Part shown: positions 1 through 9,534 of the stretch, piece by piece | Layout of the letters: each line of letters opens with the position of its first letter | Position numbering within the stretch: the first letter of the stretch is position 1 | NCBI GenBank assembly: GCA_041645325.1 | Contig: JBAZQI010000001.1 | Span: 8,945 to 72,944 of the forward strand | Origin: an archaeon | GTDB taxonomy: Archaea; Iainarchaeota; Iainarchaeia; Iainarchaeales; GCA-2688035 | Direction: 5' to 3' | DNA: 64,000 nt | Notes under the pieces: model-generated | Told to the model about the DNA's origin: nothing | Databases searched by the model: none | What the model saw: only the letters and a program-made list of their open reading frames with translations | Translations under genes and position numbers: made by a program

Positions 1-292
1 TGAGCGCGTAGTACAAATCCCTGATGCTTACCGTTGCCTTTTGTTCTATGACCTTTTTTATTTCCGCGGCAACAAGCATTGTCTGCATGAATTTCCTTGT
101 GTGTGCAATGTTCAGGAATTGCCTTTCACTTTTTTTGTCGCCCAGCTTTATTGTTTTGCTTTTTTGGTCAAAGTAAATGTTGTTAAGTGTCCTTACCGGC
201 AGCTCGTAGCCCGGGTTTTCGCCCTTGTTTATCTGCCTGAGCACGTCCTCGCCCGCGCTTTCCAGCCTTTTGATTACTTCAGAGTCCTTCAT
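1..292 (-). CDS. top6A: DNA topoisomerase VI subunit A (Spo11-like), N-terminal 97 codons, continues beyond window start
   Basis: ATG at 292..290 overlaps the top6B stop (ATGA). The frame stays open to position 1. Translation MKDSEVIKRLESAGEDVLRQINKGENPGYELPVRTLNNIYFDQKSKTIKLGDKKSERQFLNIAHTRKFMQTMLVAAEIKKVIEQKATVSIRDLYYAL resembles Topo VI-A N-termini. Fits the canonical top6B-top6A operon order. Not in the ORF track because no stop falls in the window. Confidence 0.6.
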   Translation of the reverse strand, partial: MKDSEVIKRLESAGEDVLRQINKGENPGYELPVRTLNNIYFDQKSKTIKLGDKKSERQFLNIAHTRKFMQTMLVAAEIKKVIEQKATVSIRDLYYAL

Positions 293-2034
293 TCCCCTTC
301 ACCCTCTTCCTTCAGGGCGCTTTTTCTCTTTTTGCCCTTTTTTTTCTCCTTTGCCTCTTTTTTTGCGTCTTTTTCAAGCTCTTCGTCAGTCAGTTCTGCT
401 TCAACCTCTTTTTCCTGCTTTTCCTCAAGCTTGAGCCTTTTCATCACTATTTCGTGCAACTTGCTTTCTATTGCCTTTACAGGCTTTCCTGTGAGATCGT
501 GCAGCGCTATTGCAACCTCTGTTGCGTATTTCAAGAACACCTTTTTCTTGGCCTGCTTTTCCGCTTCCCTTCTCTTGCCGGCAACGTACTGGTAAATTCT
601 CCTGCCTGTGTCCATTATTGCAAGCCGCAGCTCTTCCATTACTGCGTCGTCATCTGTAATAGCCTGCTTTCCTGCGCCGGTATAAGGGATGTGCACAGAC
701 AAAATGTGCACAAACACTGTCAAGGGCGCGCTGTTCATGTCCCTTATTCCGTAGCGTTTCCAGTCAACGCTTTGCACTGCCTTTGTCAAAGCGCAGCCCC
801 CGCCGTCAAACAGCAATGGCACCCTGTTTGCAAACCTCATCACTTCAACCCTTTTGATTTCGGTTTTGGTGCCGTCGCTGTTTTCAATCGTCTCGCCGCT
901 GCCCCTTCCGGCATTTCCCCCGAAGGCAACCGCAACCTCAACCTGGAACGCTATTCCCTCGCTGTAAACCTGGGGCTTTCTTTCAACAACGCTCAAAAAC
1001 TCGGGCTGGACTATTTCCCTGAGCGATGCTTCTATCCTTTCCTGCCCGATTGGCCTCAGCGCGTCAGTTCTCGGCGCAATGAACTGCATTCCCTTTATCG
1101 CCTTGACAATCTCCTCTGTTTCGTGCCACTCCAGCTTTTTCGGGTCCTTGTTCAGGTCAAAAGAAACCTGCTTTGTGATCTCTTCAATTGATTTTTCGCC
1201 CATCCTGTCAAAATCATTCTTCAAAAATGACGAAACCTTTCTCGCCTCGGTCGCCTTGGCCATTGTGAGGATTTCGTCAACAGTTGTGCCCTTGGGGTGC
1301 GGCTTGACCTCAAAGCTTCTTTCGGGAACGGCCTTTGACGTTCTTGCAAAAACATTTTTTGTCCCGTCAGGCTCGACAAAAATTATCGTGGCATGCGGGT
1401 TTGCTATGGCAGTTCTCCTCAGGTATTCCAGTGGGCCCTGCTCGCTTTTCTGGTACTTCACTTCCTTGAATTTTGCCTTGACTGCAGTGCCCTTAAAGTC
1501 CTTTTTCGTTTCCTCCATCTTGATTATTTTGGCCTCGTTTTTTTTCGGGTCAATTGTAAGCTCTGCCACAAGGGTTCTTTTTCCATCCCCCGTAATCACC
1601 TGTATTGGCTTGCCTGTAGTCATCAGGGAAAGCATGGTGCATCCGCTTGCTCCGATTCCCTGTTGGCCCCTGCTTTGCATCAGCCTGTGGAACTTTGTGC
1701 CCGCAAGCAGCTGCGCAAACGCCTTTCCAATAGTGTGCTCGGTGAGCCCGGGCCCATTGTCCTTGACCATTACCTCATAGTATTCTTCGCCAAGCTCGGA
1801 GAGTCTTACCTCTATTTCAGGCAAAACCCTTGCCTCTTCACATGCGTCAAGGGAATTTGTAACATATTCATGAATTATTGTCGTAAGAGTCCTGATTTTT
1901 CCCGTCAGGCCGAGCATCTGCTTGTTTTTCTTGAAGAACTCTGCAACAGAATGCTCCTTGAATTCCTTGGCAAGCTGTTCGGCCGTAAGGCCTGCGCCAT
2001 TGCCGCTTTCCTTTTCCGCCTTTTCCTCCGGCAT
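289..2034 (-). CDS. top6B: DNA topoisomerase VI subunit B (GHKL ATPase)
   Basis: 581 aa. N-terminal Bergerat-fold motifs (EYVTNSLDACEEA; MVKDNGPGL; GQQGIGAS), an H2TH/transducer-like middle and a lysine/glutamate-rich C-tail. Confidence 0.9.
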   Translation of the reverse strand: MPEEKAEKESGNGAGLTAEQLAKEFKEHSVAEFFKKNKQMLGLTGKIRTLTTIIHEYVTNSLDACEEARVLPEIEVRLSELGEEYYEVMVKDNGPGLTEHTIGKAFAQLLAGTKFHRLMQSRGQQGIGASGCTMLSLMTTGKPIQVITGDGKRTLVAELTIDPKKNEAKIIKMEETKKDFKGTAVKAKFKEVKYQKSEQGPLEYLRRTAIANPHATIIFVEPDGTKNVFARTSKAVPERSFEVKPHPKGTTVDEILTMAKATEARKVSSFLKNDFDRMGEKSIEEITKQVSFDLNKDPKKLEWHETEEIVKAIKGMQFIAPRTDALRPIGQERIEASLREIVQPEFLSVVERKPQVYSEGIAFQVEVAVAFGGNAGRGSGETIENSDGTKTEIKRVEVMRFANRVPLLFDGGGCALTKAVQSVDWKRYGIRDMNSAPLTVFVHILSVHIPYTGAGKQAITDDDAVMEELRLAIMDTGRRIYQYVAGKRREAEKQAKKKVFLKYATEVAIALHDLTGKPVKAIESKLHEIVMKRLKLEEKQEKEVEAELTDEELEKDAKKEAKEKKKGKKRKSALKEEGEGE

Positions 2035-2043
2035 GCAGTCACC

Positions 2044-2574
2044 TCAAAGAGTGAATTTTTCCATTCCCTTTCTTTCCCTATTAAGAAAATCCATTGCCTT
2101 TTTATGGGTTGAGCCGGACAAAAGCATTTCAACTCCTTTCCTCGCAAGCCCGACAGACTCGGGGTTTCCGATTATCGCAACCGTTTTCCCCAAAACACTT
2201 ATTTTTGTGCCTGTCGCATTTTCAATTGCATCCCTTGCCCTGCCCCCTGTTCCAATAACCCTTGCCTTCTTTGTCTGGATTGCCTTTTCGCTTCCCCCGA
2301 CAACATCTGAAACTTTTATGATTTCAAGCAGCATTTCCTCGCCAAGCAAAGCAAAGGCATTTTCCGGCGAAAAACCCCGGCCAATTGCCTTTACCACATT
2401 CACCGCGTCGTAAAAATTTGCAGTGTTTTCCTTTCCCTCAATCTCAACATCGCCTGTTTCGCTGTCCACTTCAATCACAACGCCGGCAAGCTTTTCAAGC
2501 CTTCTCTTTACCTTGCCCTCAGAACCAATCAAAACGCCGATTCTCTCCTTGGGAATCCTTATAGTCTCAAACAA
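2044..2574 (-). CDS. KH-domain RNA-binding protein (two KH modules, aDim2/Pno1-like)
   Basis: Two GXXG KH loops (IGSEGK and IGTGGR). The ORF-track N-terminus (to 2643) is encoded by a copy of the AAGCCTTGGG repeat, so the start is placed at in-frame TTG 2574 (LFETIRIPKE...). The start is uncertain. Confidence 0.65.
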   Translation of the reverse strand: MFETIRIPKERIGVLIGSEGKVKRRLEKLAGVVIEVDSETGDVEIEGKENTANFYDAVNVVKAIGRGFSPENAFALLGEEMLLEIIKVSDVVGGSEKAIQTKKARVIGTGGRARDAIENATGTKISVLGKTVAIIGNPESVGLARKGVEMLLSGSTHKKAMDFLNRERKGMEKFTL

Positions 2575-2640
2575 GCCTTTTTGCTCATGCAAAAAGCCTT
2601 GGGAAACATGCTTCGCAAATTCAAAGGGCAAAAAAGTCAC
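2572..2640. repeat. copy of AAGCCTTGGGAAAA modular hairpin repeat family
   Basis: caagcctttttgctcatgcaaaaagccttgggaaacatgcttcgcaaa... Shares modules with the copies at 30826, 36455, 45323 and 17337. Confidence 0.6.
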
Positions 2641-2805
2641 CAATATATAGTAATATATACTATATAATGGGGAAAGATTTTAAAAGCTGAGCCAATAAAA
2701 AGGCGTCTTACAGCCTCTTTTTTTCTTCAGCAAGAGCTGCCTTATCTAGGTTATTGTTTAAATACAGGGAAGCATTATTATTTACAAAAGAAGGGCGTTA
2801 AAAGC

Positions 2806-3456
2806 ATGATTTTCAACGAATGGCTTGACATTCTTATCTACAGGAAAAAGCCTGTTGACATTTCAAAAACAGGCTTGGCTGAGGGCCTGAAGCATGTTGC
2901 AATTGCAAGCGCAATAACAAGCTTTCTTGTCGGCATCTCAACATGGATTTCCCTACCTTTCATGTCAGAACTAGCAGGCTCAGAAGCCGGGGGCTACGCC
3001 CTATTTGGCGCAACGGCCGGGCCTTTAATGCTGGTAATGTACACAGTCCTGGGTCCGATTTCGACAGTAATCAGCTCGCTTATAATTGGCGGCATTCTGC
3101 ACATTTTCTCGCTGATTTTTGGCGGAAAAGGAAAATACGAAAACTACGTCGGGGTGCTTGCAAAAATTGACGCTGCGCTGCAGGGAACAATAGGCGTCCT
3201 GCTTGCCATCATACTGATTGTGGTTGCCCTCTTGGGAGCAGATGCCTATTTCGCATCAATGCCCCTTATCATTGCAATAGGCCTTATAATGGGCTTCTGG
3301 TCGCTTGTGCTTGCAGTGCTTGCTACGCAAGCCGTGCAAAAGCTTTCGCTTGGCAAGGCCATTTTGGCAGTTGTTATCATCCCGTTGATAATAGGCACAG
3401 TGCTGCTCGCTTTGCTGATTGCGCTCCTGTCTATGCTGTTTCCGCCAGCTATATAA
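2806..3456 (+). CDS. Yip1-family polytopic membrane protein
   Basis: 216 aa with five hydrophobic segments and a Yip1-like topology. Preceded by a TTTAAATACA TATA-like box at 2756-2766. Confidence 0.5.
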   Translation: MIFNEWLDILIYRKKPVDISKTGLAEGLKHVAIASAITSFLVGISTWISLPFMSELAGSEAGGYALFGATAGPLMLVMYTVLGPISTVISSLIIGGILHIFSLIFGGKGKYENYVGVLAKIDAALQGTIGVLLAIILIVVALLGADAYFASMPLIIAIGLIMGFWSLVLAVLATQAVQKLSLGKAILAVVIIPLIIGTVLLALLIALLSMLFPPAI

Positions 3457-3496
3457 GAACAGGGCTATTCGGTCACTCTTTTTGCAAAAAAGGCTT

Positions 3497-3572
3497 TTTT
3501 TTGCCTTAAAATAGCTTTAAATACAAGAAAACCCTAATTCTATTAAAAATTTCGAGGGAGGTGAAAAGCAAA
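3497..3572 (+). promoter_or_regulatory. conserved promoter/5' leader block (TATA-like TTTAAATACA + GGAGGTGA SD), duplicated at 4308-4375
   Basis: About 85% identity over roughly 70 nt between 3497-3575 and 4308-4378. Both end at the ATG of a membrane-protein gene. Confidence 0.55.
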
Positions 3573-4265
3573 ATGGATTTTGGAACAGCAATAGGAAAGC
3601 CTTTCAGCAACATAACAAACCTGGTCATTGGAATAGTGCTCATGATTATTCCAATAGTGAACATCCTCACAATACCTGGTTACCTGCTAAGGGTTGCAAA
3701 GAAAACCATGGATGGCGACAAAAAACTGCCAGGCTTTGGCAACTTTGGCGAATTGGTAATAAGCAGCATCAAAATGATAGTCGTCGGAATAGTCTACGGC
3801 ATAATAGGCATGATTGTGGCCTTTATTCTGATGCTCATACCGTTCGTGGGAGCTGTACTGGTAATCATCTGGTACATTGTCCTAACGTTCATAATCTACG
3901 CAGCAATGATGACCCTTGCGCAGACAAATGACATTGGTGCAGCGCTCGGCATACCGACAGTCACAAAGAAGGCGCTAAAAGGAAGCTTCATTATTGCAGT
4001 CATAGTGGCAGCAATAGTGACAGGCATAATAGCCTCCATAGTAGCCCTTGTGGTCATTCTCATAACTGGTGCATCATTATTGCCGCTGCTAATGAGCATG
4101 TCAGACCCGTCACTTATCATGGACCCTGCAATGGCAATGGAACTATTCACAGGCATAATGGGCATGTTCATGATACTGATGCCAATAATGATAATATTGA
4201 GCTTCATCCTAAACGTGTTCTTCATAACCATTGTCGCAGAAGCATACAAGAAAACTGCGGCATAA
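3573..4265 (+). CDS. polytopic membrane protein (DUF4013-like)
   Basis: Hydrophobic 230 aa. The N-terminal PIVNILTIPGYLLRVAK segment resembles DUF4013. ATG 3573 sits 10 nt after GGAGGTGA. Confidence 0.5.
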   Translation: MDFGTAIGKPFSNITNLVIGIVLMIIPIVNILTIPGYLLRVAKKTMDGDKKLPGFGNFGELVISSIKMIVVGIVYGIIGMIVAFILMLIPFVGAVLVIIWYIVLTFIIYAAMMTLAQTNDIGAALGIPTVTKKALKGSFIIAVIVAAIVTGIIASIVALVVILITGASLLPLLMSMSDPSLIMDPAMAMELFTGIMGMFMILMPIMIILSFILNVFFITIVAEAYKKTAA

Positions 4266-4307
4266 ATATTTGGTTTAAAGCGAAGAACACCCTTTTTCTT
4301 TTTTTTT

Positions 4308-4375
4308 CACTAAAATAGCTTTTAAATACAGGAAAACCCTTTTATATCTAAAATTTCAGGGGAGGTGAAAAGCAA
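4308..4375 (+). promoter_or_regulatory. second copy of conserved promoter/leader block
   Basis: cactaaaatagcttttaaatacaggaaaaccc...ggggaggtgaaaagcaa matches the 3497-3572 block. Confidence 0.55.
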
Positions 4376-4702
4376 ATGGCAATTAAATCAATTACAAGGA
4401 TTGACCCTGTGCAGTACGGGAAAGTGCTGGCAGTGCTATTGGCAATTATATACCTGATTATGGGGCTAGTAATGACCCTGTTTATGGGATTGATTGGCGG
4501 AATCATGGCAATGATTCCAGAGGCTGGTGGCGGATCATTTGCCGGTTTCGGTGTCGGTCTCGGCATAGGCGGCGGCTTGGCAATGACCGTTGCCATGGTT
4601 ATTTTCGGAGCAATCTTTGGCTTCGTAATGGGCGTAATCGGCGCTTTCATCTATAATTTTGTCGCAAGCAAGGTAGGCGGAATAAAAATTGACCTTGAGT
4701 GA
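4376..4702 (+). CDS. small glycine-rich membrane protein
   Basis: 108 aa with two TM segments and a GxGxG-rich loop. Has a strong SD and the duplicated leader; followed by a T12 tract (terminator-like). Confidence 0.45.
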   Translation: MAIKSITRIDPVQYGKVLAVLLAIIYLIMGLVMTLFMGLIGGIMAMIPEAGGGSFAGFGVGLGIGGGLAMTVAMVIFGAIFGFVMGVIGAFIYNFVASKVGGIKIDLE

Positions 4703-4703
4703 A

Positions 4704-4740
4704 TGCTTTTCGCTTTCCCTTTTTCTTTTTTTTTTTTAAA
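4704..4740 (+). terminator. oligo-T tract (archaeal-type terminator) after 4376..4702
   Basis: ttttcgctttccctttttcttttttttttttaaaag contains a run of 12 T. Confidence 0.4.
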
Positions 4741-4856
4741 AGCCTTTTGCCGTGGGCAAAAGCCTTGGGAAAAAGCTTCGCAAAAAAACAGGCAAAGCCA
4801 CCGCACCTGCGAAGCAAACCAATTAAATACATTCCAGCTCAAAATTCATTATTCGT

Positions 4857-5071
4857 GCCGGCGTGGCTGAGCTCGGTTGAAGGTGCTCCGCTCGAAAAGG
4901 CCTTTTTTCCTGCTGGAAAAAAGCCTTGGGAAAACCCAAATTGCTGATGCAATTTGAGGCCTTTTCTTAGAAAGAAAAGCCCTGGGAAAAGAAAGCAATG
5001 CTGATGCATTGCTAAACGCGAGGAACGGAGTAGGTCGAAAGGCCTCACAGGTTCAAATCCTGTCGCCGGCG
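4857..5071 (+). tRNA. tRNA-Ser(CGA), class II, with a ~128-nt intron at 37/38 (4897-5024)
   Basis: Acceptor GCCGGCG/CGCCGGC. D-arm GCT-GAGCTCGGTTGAA-GGT. Anticodon stem CTCCG(4886-90)/CGGAG(5026-30), loop CTCGAA|intron|A. Variable arm GGTC-GAAA-GGCC. T-arm ACAGG-TTCAAAT-CCTGT. Discriminator G. No encoded CCA. Confidence 0.6.
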
Positions 5072-5072
5072 A

Positions 5073-6509
5073 TTAGAGTTTTCTTACAGTTCCCTTGTTT
5101 GCATCAACTTCAATTAGGTCGCCTGTTTTGATTGCTTTTGTTGCAAGCCTTGTTCCGACAATGCAGGGGATGCCGAATTCTCTGGCAAGAATCGAAGCGT
5201 GGGATGTGAGACCGCCTTCGTCTGTAACAATTGCAGCGGCCTTGCTTGCGATTAAAACCATTGTTGGCTGTGTCATTGTCGTAACCATTACTTCGCCTTT
5301 TTTGAATTCCCTTAAATCCTTTTCAAGCGTTGGCAAATCCCTCACCAAAATAACCCTTGCTTTGCCTTTTGCTTTGCCAGGGCATGCAATTGTTCCGCTT
5401 ATTTCCGTCACAGAGATTTCTTTTTTGAAGCCAACTTCTTTTTCCGCAACCAACAATGCTTCTTCGCCTGAAAAAAAGCGCAGTTGCAGGTTGTCCAGCC
5501 AAAAAAGGTAAAATTTTTTTCTATTGGCGATTTCTTCTTTGCTTAATTTAATTTCACGCTCCAAGAAATTCAAAACGTCCTCAATGTTATAAGTCCACAT
5601 AAAATCATCAATCGTTTCTCCAACCCTTGCCGCAATTTCCCTGAACATGTTTTGGAACAAGAATTCAGCACCGCCCCAAACTGCTTTTGTTTCCATCCTG
5701 TCAATTGCGGACTTTTGGAAAATAAGGGCAAGTTCCGACGCTTGTTCGCTCCCTTGCAGGCCGGCCAAAATTTCCTTCTGCTTGTTTGCAAGCTCAATGC
5801 TTTTCCGCCGTATTTCATTTGTTTTCAGCAAGACCTCTGCTTCGCTTATTTTCCCCAATGGCAGGGCTTTTTCTTTTAGGAAACTTACAGCCGTGCTCTC
5901 ACTATATGTGTTAAAGAAAAGCCAGGGGTGTTTTTTTGCGTGCTCTAAAAGCGGTGTTTCATCGCCTGGCAAAGCAGCCTTTAGAAAATCTATTTCCTCC
6001 CTTTTAATAGCATCCACTTCACAAGGGGTCGTTAAAATAGTGAAATATGAGCTAATCTGCTCTTCTGAAAATGAATTCTGGTTCAGCAGCTTCTTCAATG
6101 CTTTTTCCGCCGGCTTGAGGAACTCCGGCTGTGATGCGGAAAAACAGGGCAGCAGCCTTTCATACGCGGTTACATAATGGTTGAACAGCTTGGCAAGCCC
6201 TTCGTTGCCCAGCTCCCTTAAATCCATTTTCTCCTTTTCGCTATACAATTCAAAAAAATTTTTTCGCGCGGCATTTGACTGTTCTAAAACCTTCCTGAAG
6301 AATGACTCCGCCAAAAGCTTTTTGCCTTCTTTCACGGTTTGCAGGTTATCATATTTTTTTACGTAATTGTGCAGCTGCCTGTTTTCAACCAGGGAAAAAC
6401 TGTTTTTTCTTACCGCCCCAAAAAAATGTCTCTGGGTGGCGTAATACCTGGTCCAGCACTCAGCAGAAATTGCGCTATGGCTCTCACCCCAGTCAAAAAT
6501 CCATTCCAA
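5073..6509 (-). CDS. PEP-utilizing-enzyme mobile-domain protein (PEP synthase/PPDK-like C-terminus, novel N-terminal region)
   Basis: C-terminal ...GGLTSHASILAREFGIPCIVGT... is a phosphohistidine swivel domain. The N-terminal roughly 380 aa was not recognised. Confidence 0.65.
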   Translation of the reverse strand: MEWIFDWGESHSAISAECWTRYYATQRHFFGAVRKNSFSLVENRQLHNYVKKYDNLQTVKEGKKLLAESFFRKVLEQSNAARKNFFELYSEKEKMDLRELGNEGLAKLFNHYVTAYERLLPCFSASQPEFLKPAEKALKKLLNQNSFSEEQISSYFTILTTPCEVDAIKREEIDFLKAALPGDETPLLEHAKKHPWLFFNTYSESTAVSFLKEKALPLGKISEAEVLLKTNEIRRKSIELANKQKEILAGLQGSEQASELALIFQKSAIDRMETKAVWGGAEFLFQNMFREIAARVGETIDDFMWTYNIEDVLNFLEREIKLSKEEIANRKKFYLFWLDNLQLRFFSGEEALLVAEKEVGFKKEISVTEISGTIACPGKAKGKARVILVRDLPTLEKDLREFKKGEVMVTTMTQPTMVLIASKAAAIVTDEGGLTSHASILAREFGIPCIVGTRLATKAIKTGDLIEVDANKGTVRKL

Positions 6510-6626
6510 CTTTTTCCACCCCTAAATAGGTTAAGAATAAAAGAATAAATAAGTTGCCCCTCTTTTCAAGGCTTGCCTACGTTTTTCCGAATGTCTTTTA
6601 TTAATTTGCAGGCCTAATAATTTCGG

Positions 6627-7052
6627 GTGGTTGCCTTGGATGAATGCATTTTCTGCAAAATCGTTTCGGGAAAAATTCCCGCAACAAAACTTTACGAGGA
6701 CGATTTGGTCCTAAGCTTTCTTGACATAACGCCTGCCGCCAAGGGCCATGCCCTGGTAATTCCGAAAAGGCACTATGCCACGCTTTTGGATATGCCGCAC
6801 GAGGAACTAAAGCAGGTTGCTGAGGCAGTACAAAAAATAGCGGCTGCTACAATGGTTGCCCTGCCTGGCGTTGAAGGCTTTAATGTTTTGCAGTCAAACA
6901 ATGAGGCCGCAGGCCAGGTCATTCCGCACGTGCACTTTCATGTGATTCCAAGGCATAAGGAAGACAATATCAATTTTGCATGGGAACACGGCAAGGCTGA
7001 AATGGAAGAACTGAAAAGGTATGCGGCGCTTGTCAGGCAAAAAATCAGGTGA
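6627..7052 (+). CDS. HIT-family nucleotide hydrolase
   Basis: Histidine-triad motif HVHFHVIPR; N-terminal CIFCKI. Confidence 0.85.
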   Translation: MVALDECIFCKIVSGKIPATKLYEDDLVLSFLDITPAAKGHALVIPKRHYATLLDMPHEELKQVAEAVQKIAAATMVALPGVEGFNVLQSNNEAAGQVIPHVHFHVIPRHKEDNINFAWEHGKAEMEELKRYAALVRQKIR

Positions 7053-7214
7053 TGATATGCCGGATGATGAGCAGGAAGGTTTGAGACAAAAAAGGCAACT
7101 GAAGAACCAGTATGACGATTTTTTGCACAAGATTCAGCAGGAAAAGATGAAAGAGCTTTGGGGCGGCAAAGAAGACGAGGCTTGGGAAAATGCTTGATTC
7201 CTGTGTAGTTCTTA

Positions 7215-8723
7215 CTATTCCGCCTTTTTGAACAAAATTTCGCCTTTCTTCACTTTGGTGCCTGCCTTCAGCAGGTTGAATCTGCATTCTTTCAAAGAGC
7301 CTGCTTTCACGCCTATTTGTGCATTGATTTTTTCGCTTGTTTCAGGCATGAATGGCTGCAAAAGAATTGAAATTATGCGCAGCGAGTCAGCCAAAGAGTA
7401 AAGCGTGCCATTTCGTTCCTTTTCTTCCTGTTTCCAGGGCTGTTTTTCGTTGATGAACTGGTTGCAGGCAGTTACGAATGAAAAGATTTCCGCAAGTGCG
7501 TGGTGCAGTTCCAGTTCTTTCATATGCTTTTCAATTTTTTCAAGATTAAGCTTTTTCTGCAGTTCCTTGTCAATTGTTCCCATTGGCACTGTTCCCTTGC
7601 AGTATTTTTCAATCATCACAATTGTCCTGTTCACCAGATTTCCCAATCCGTTTGCAAGCTCGTTGTTCAGCCTTTCTTTCAGCGCTTCCTCCGAGAAATT
7701 GCCGTCCTGCCCGAAAGGGATTTCCCTTAAAAGGAAGTAGCGCAGGGCATCCACGGTATAGCTGTCTGCAAGCGCTATCGGGTCTATTACAGTGCCCTTG
7801 CTTTTGCTCATCTTTTCCCCGAATTCGGTATTGATGAAGCCGTGCACAATAATGTTTGGCAGTTTAATTCCTAATGCAAGAAGCATTGTTTTCCATATAA
7901 CTTCGTGGTGCCAAACGATATCAGAGCCCACAACGTGTGTCGCCGGCCAGAACTTTTTAAATTTTTGATTTGGATATTCCACCGTGGATAAATAATTTAT
8001 CAGAGCATCAACCCAAATTGCAACGGTTAGGCCTTTGTCAAAAGGCAGTGGGATTCCCCATTTTACTTTTTCCCTTGTTATTGTCAGGTCTTTCAGCGGC
8101 TCTTTTAGCCTGTTTAAAATTTCATTCCTTTTTTTTTCCGGCCAGAGAGAATCTGGATTATTTTGCAGGTCTTCAACGAGTTTTTTTTGATATTTGCTCA
8201 TCCTGAAAAAATAACTTTTTTCCTTTACTCTTTCAGCCTCTTTTTTGTGCACAGGGCACTTTCCTTCAACCAAATCCTTTTCCATGTAAAATGTCTCACA
8301 GTCAACGCAGTAGTTTCCTTCATATTCCCCTTCGTATATATCTCCCTTTTCATAGAGTGCTTTCAGTATTTCATCAACCGTTTTTTCATGCCTCTTTTCG
8401 GTCGTCATTATAAAGTCGTCATAGGAGATGTTGAGAACCTTGCACAGTTCCCTGAACAGGTCGGAGATTTCTTCAACAAACACGCTGGGCTCTTTTCCTG
8501 TTTTTTCTGCGGCTCTCTGGATTTTCAGGCCATGGCAGTCTGTTCCTGTGCTAAAGTACACTTCGTATCCTTCAAGCCTTTTCCAGCGAGCAATGGTGTC
8601 AGTAACTATCTTTTCGTATGCATGCCCCAAATGAAACCGACTTGAGGGATAATCTATGGCCGTACTTATGAAAAAGGTTTTTTGCATATTACAACACTTC
8701 AAATAACAATCCTGGTAAATCAA
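7215..8723 (-). CDS. metG: methionyl-tRNA synthetase (short form)
   Basis: HLGHAY (HIGH) and KMSKS motifs. Zinc knuckle CVDCETF...CPVH. Confidence 0.9.
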   Translation of the reverse strand: MIYQDCYLKCCNMQKTFFISTAIDYPSSRFHLGHAYEKIVTDTIARWKRLEGYEVYFSTGTDCHGLKIQRAAEKTGKEPSVFVEEISDLFRELCKVLNISYDDFIMTTEKRHEKTVDEILKALYEKGDIYEGEYEGNYCVDCETFYMEKDLVEGKCPVHKKEAERVKEKSYFFRMSKYQKKLVEDLQNNPDSLWPEKKRNEILNRLKEPLKDLTITREKVKWGIPLPFDKGLTVAIWVDALINYLSTVEYPNQKFKKFWPATHVVGSDIVWHHEVIWKTMLLALGIKLPNIIVHGFINTEFGEKMSKSKGTVIDPIALADSYTVDALRYFLLREIPFGQDGNFSEEALKERLNNELANGLGNLVNRTIVMIEKYCKGTVPMGTIDKELQKKLNLEKIEKHMKELELHHALAEIFSFVTACNQFINEKQPWKQEEKERNGTLYSLADSLRIISILLQPFMPETSEKINAQIGVKAGSLKECRFNLLKAGTKVKKGEILFKKAE

Positions 8724-8757
8724 TAAAAAGGAAACTTTGCTTATAAAGCAAATGCCT

Positions 8758-9534
8758 TTACCTGGTGTTCATGTTGATGTTCCCAAATCTTCTGTTTCTT
8801 TCATCGATGTTTGATATTGCTGCATTTAGCGCTCTCGTTTTCGCACGGTGTTGAATGTAAGGCTTTAACGAATTAAGCAATTCAACAAGGTAAAATTTTT
8901 TGCTTATTACCAAACTCCAGTAATCTCCATTGTGCACGTATCCTTCGCGGGTAACATATCCTTTCCTTGCACCAAGACACAACTTTCTGCATTTTATCCC
9001 GAATTTTGGAAGTGTTTCAAGTATTTTTTCTAATAATGCTTTGTCATAATTTCCCAAAGCATAAACTGCCTGCCCTTTGGAAATGCCAATGTGCCCCTCT
9101 GCGTCTGTAAATCCCGCTAAAAAGGAGAAGAAAACATCTTCTTTTTGGAAGATCCAATCTGGGGCAACTTTACTTAATAAGAAGCTAAAACTTAAGGGGA
9201 GACCAACTCCGATACTTTTGGCTCCTCGTTTGTTTTTCTTTGAGATCCAAAGTGTAGAATACTTTTGGAACATGCTTTGAATCAGTTGCAGTTGTTCTTC
9301 TTTCGTTGTGCCGCATTCAATTGAGATTGTTTCACTATTTTTACCGCCTGTTCTTGCTCTCAAATCACCTATCCTAAAGCCAATTAGGTAAGCCTTTTCC
9401 AACAAATTGCCGCTAAAATCCTTCCGAGGATAAATCATTTGAGCACCCGCAGGGGTTCTTGTTTTTATCCCGTACTCTATCAATTTCTGTGCACAGTGCT
9501 TCTTGAAAATCCATATAGCTTTTCTATTTCCCAA
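8758..9534 (-). pseudogene. LAGLIDADG homing endonuclease domain (two motifs), 3' part of a frameshifted HTHx4-LAGLIDADG gene
   Basis: LIGFRIGDLRAR and LAGFTDAEGHIGISKG motifs. Its first residues (KKHCAQKLIEYGIKTR) complete the fourth HTH repeat of the upstream ORF in another frame. Confidence 0.7.

Noticed and set aside
41-2147. Plus-strand ORFs 41..595, 454..1191, 1079..1780, 1393..2112 and minus-strand ORF 1905..2147
   Set aside because: All lie antisense to, or overlapping, top6B/top6A and the KH gene. The composition is low-complexity Ser/Leu/Phe, typical of spurious reverse-strand frames.
7057-7197. 46-codon plus-strand ORF between the HIT gene and metG (MPDDEQEGLRQKRQLKNQYDDFLHKIQQEKMKELWGGKEDEAWENA)
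   Set aside because: Plausible micro-protein but with no motif, no obvious RBS and very short length. Left unannotated; it could be checked by Ribo-seq.
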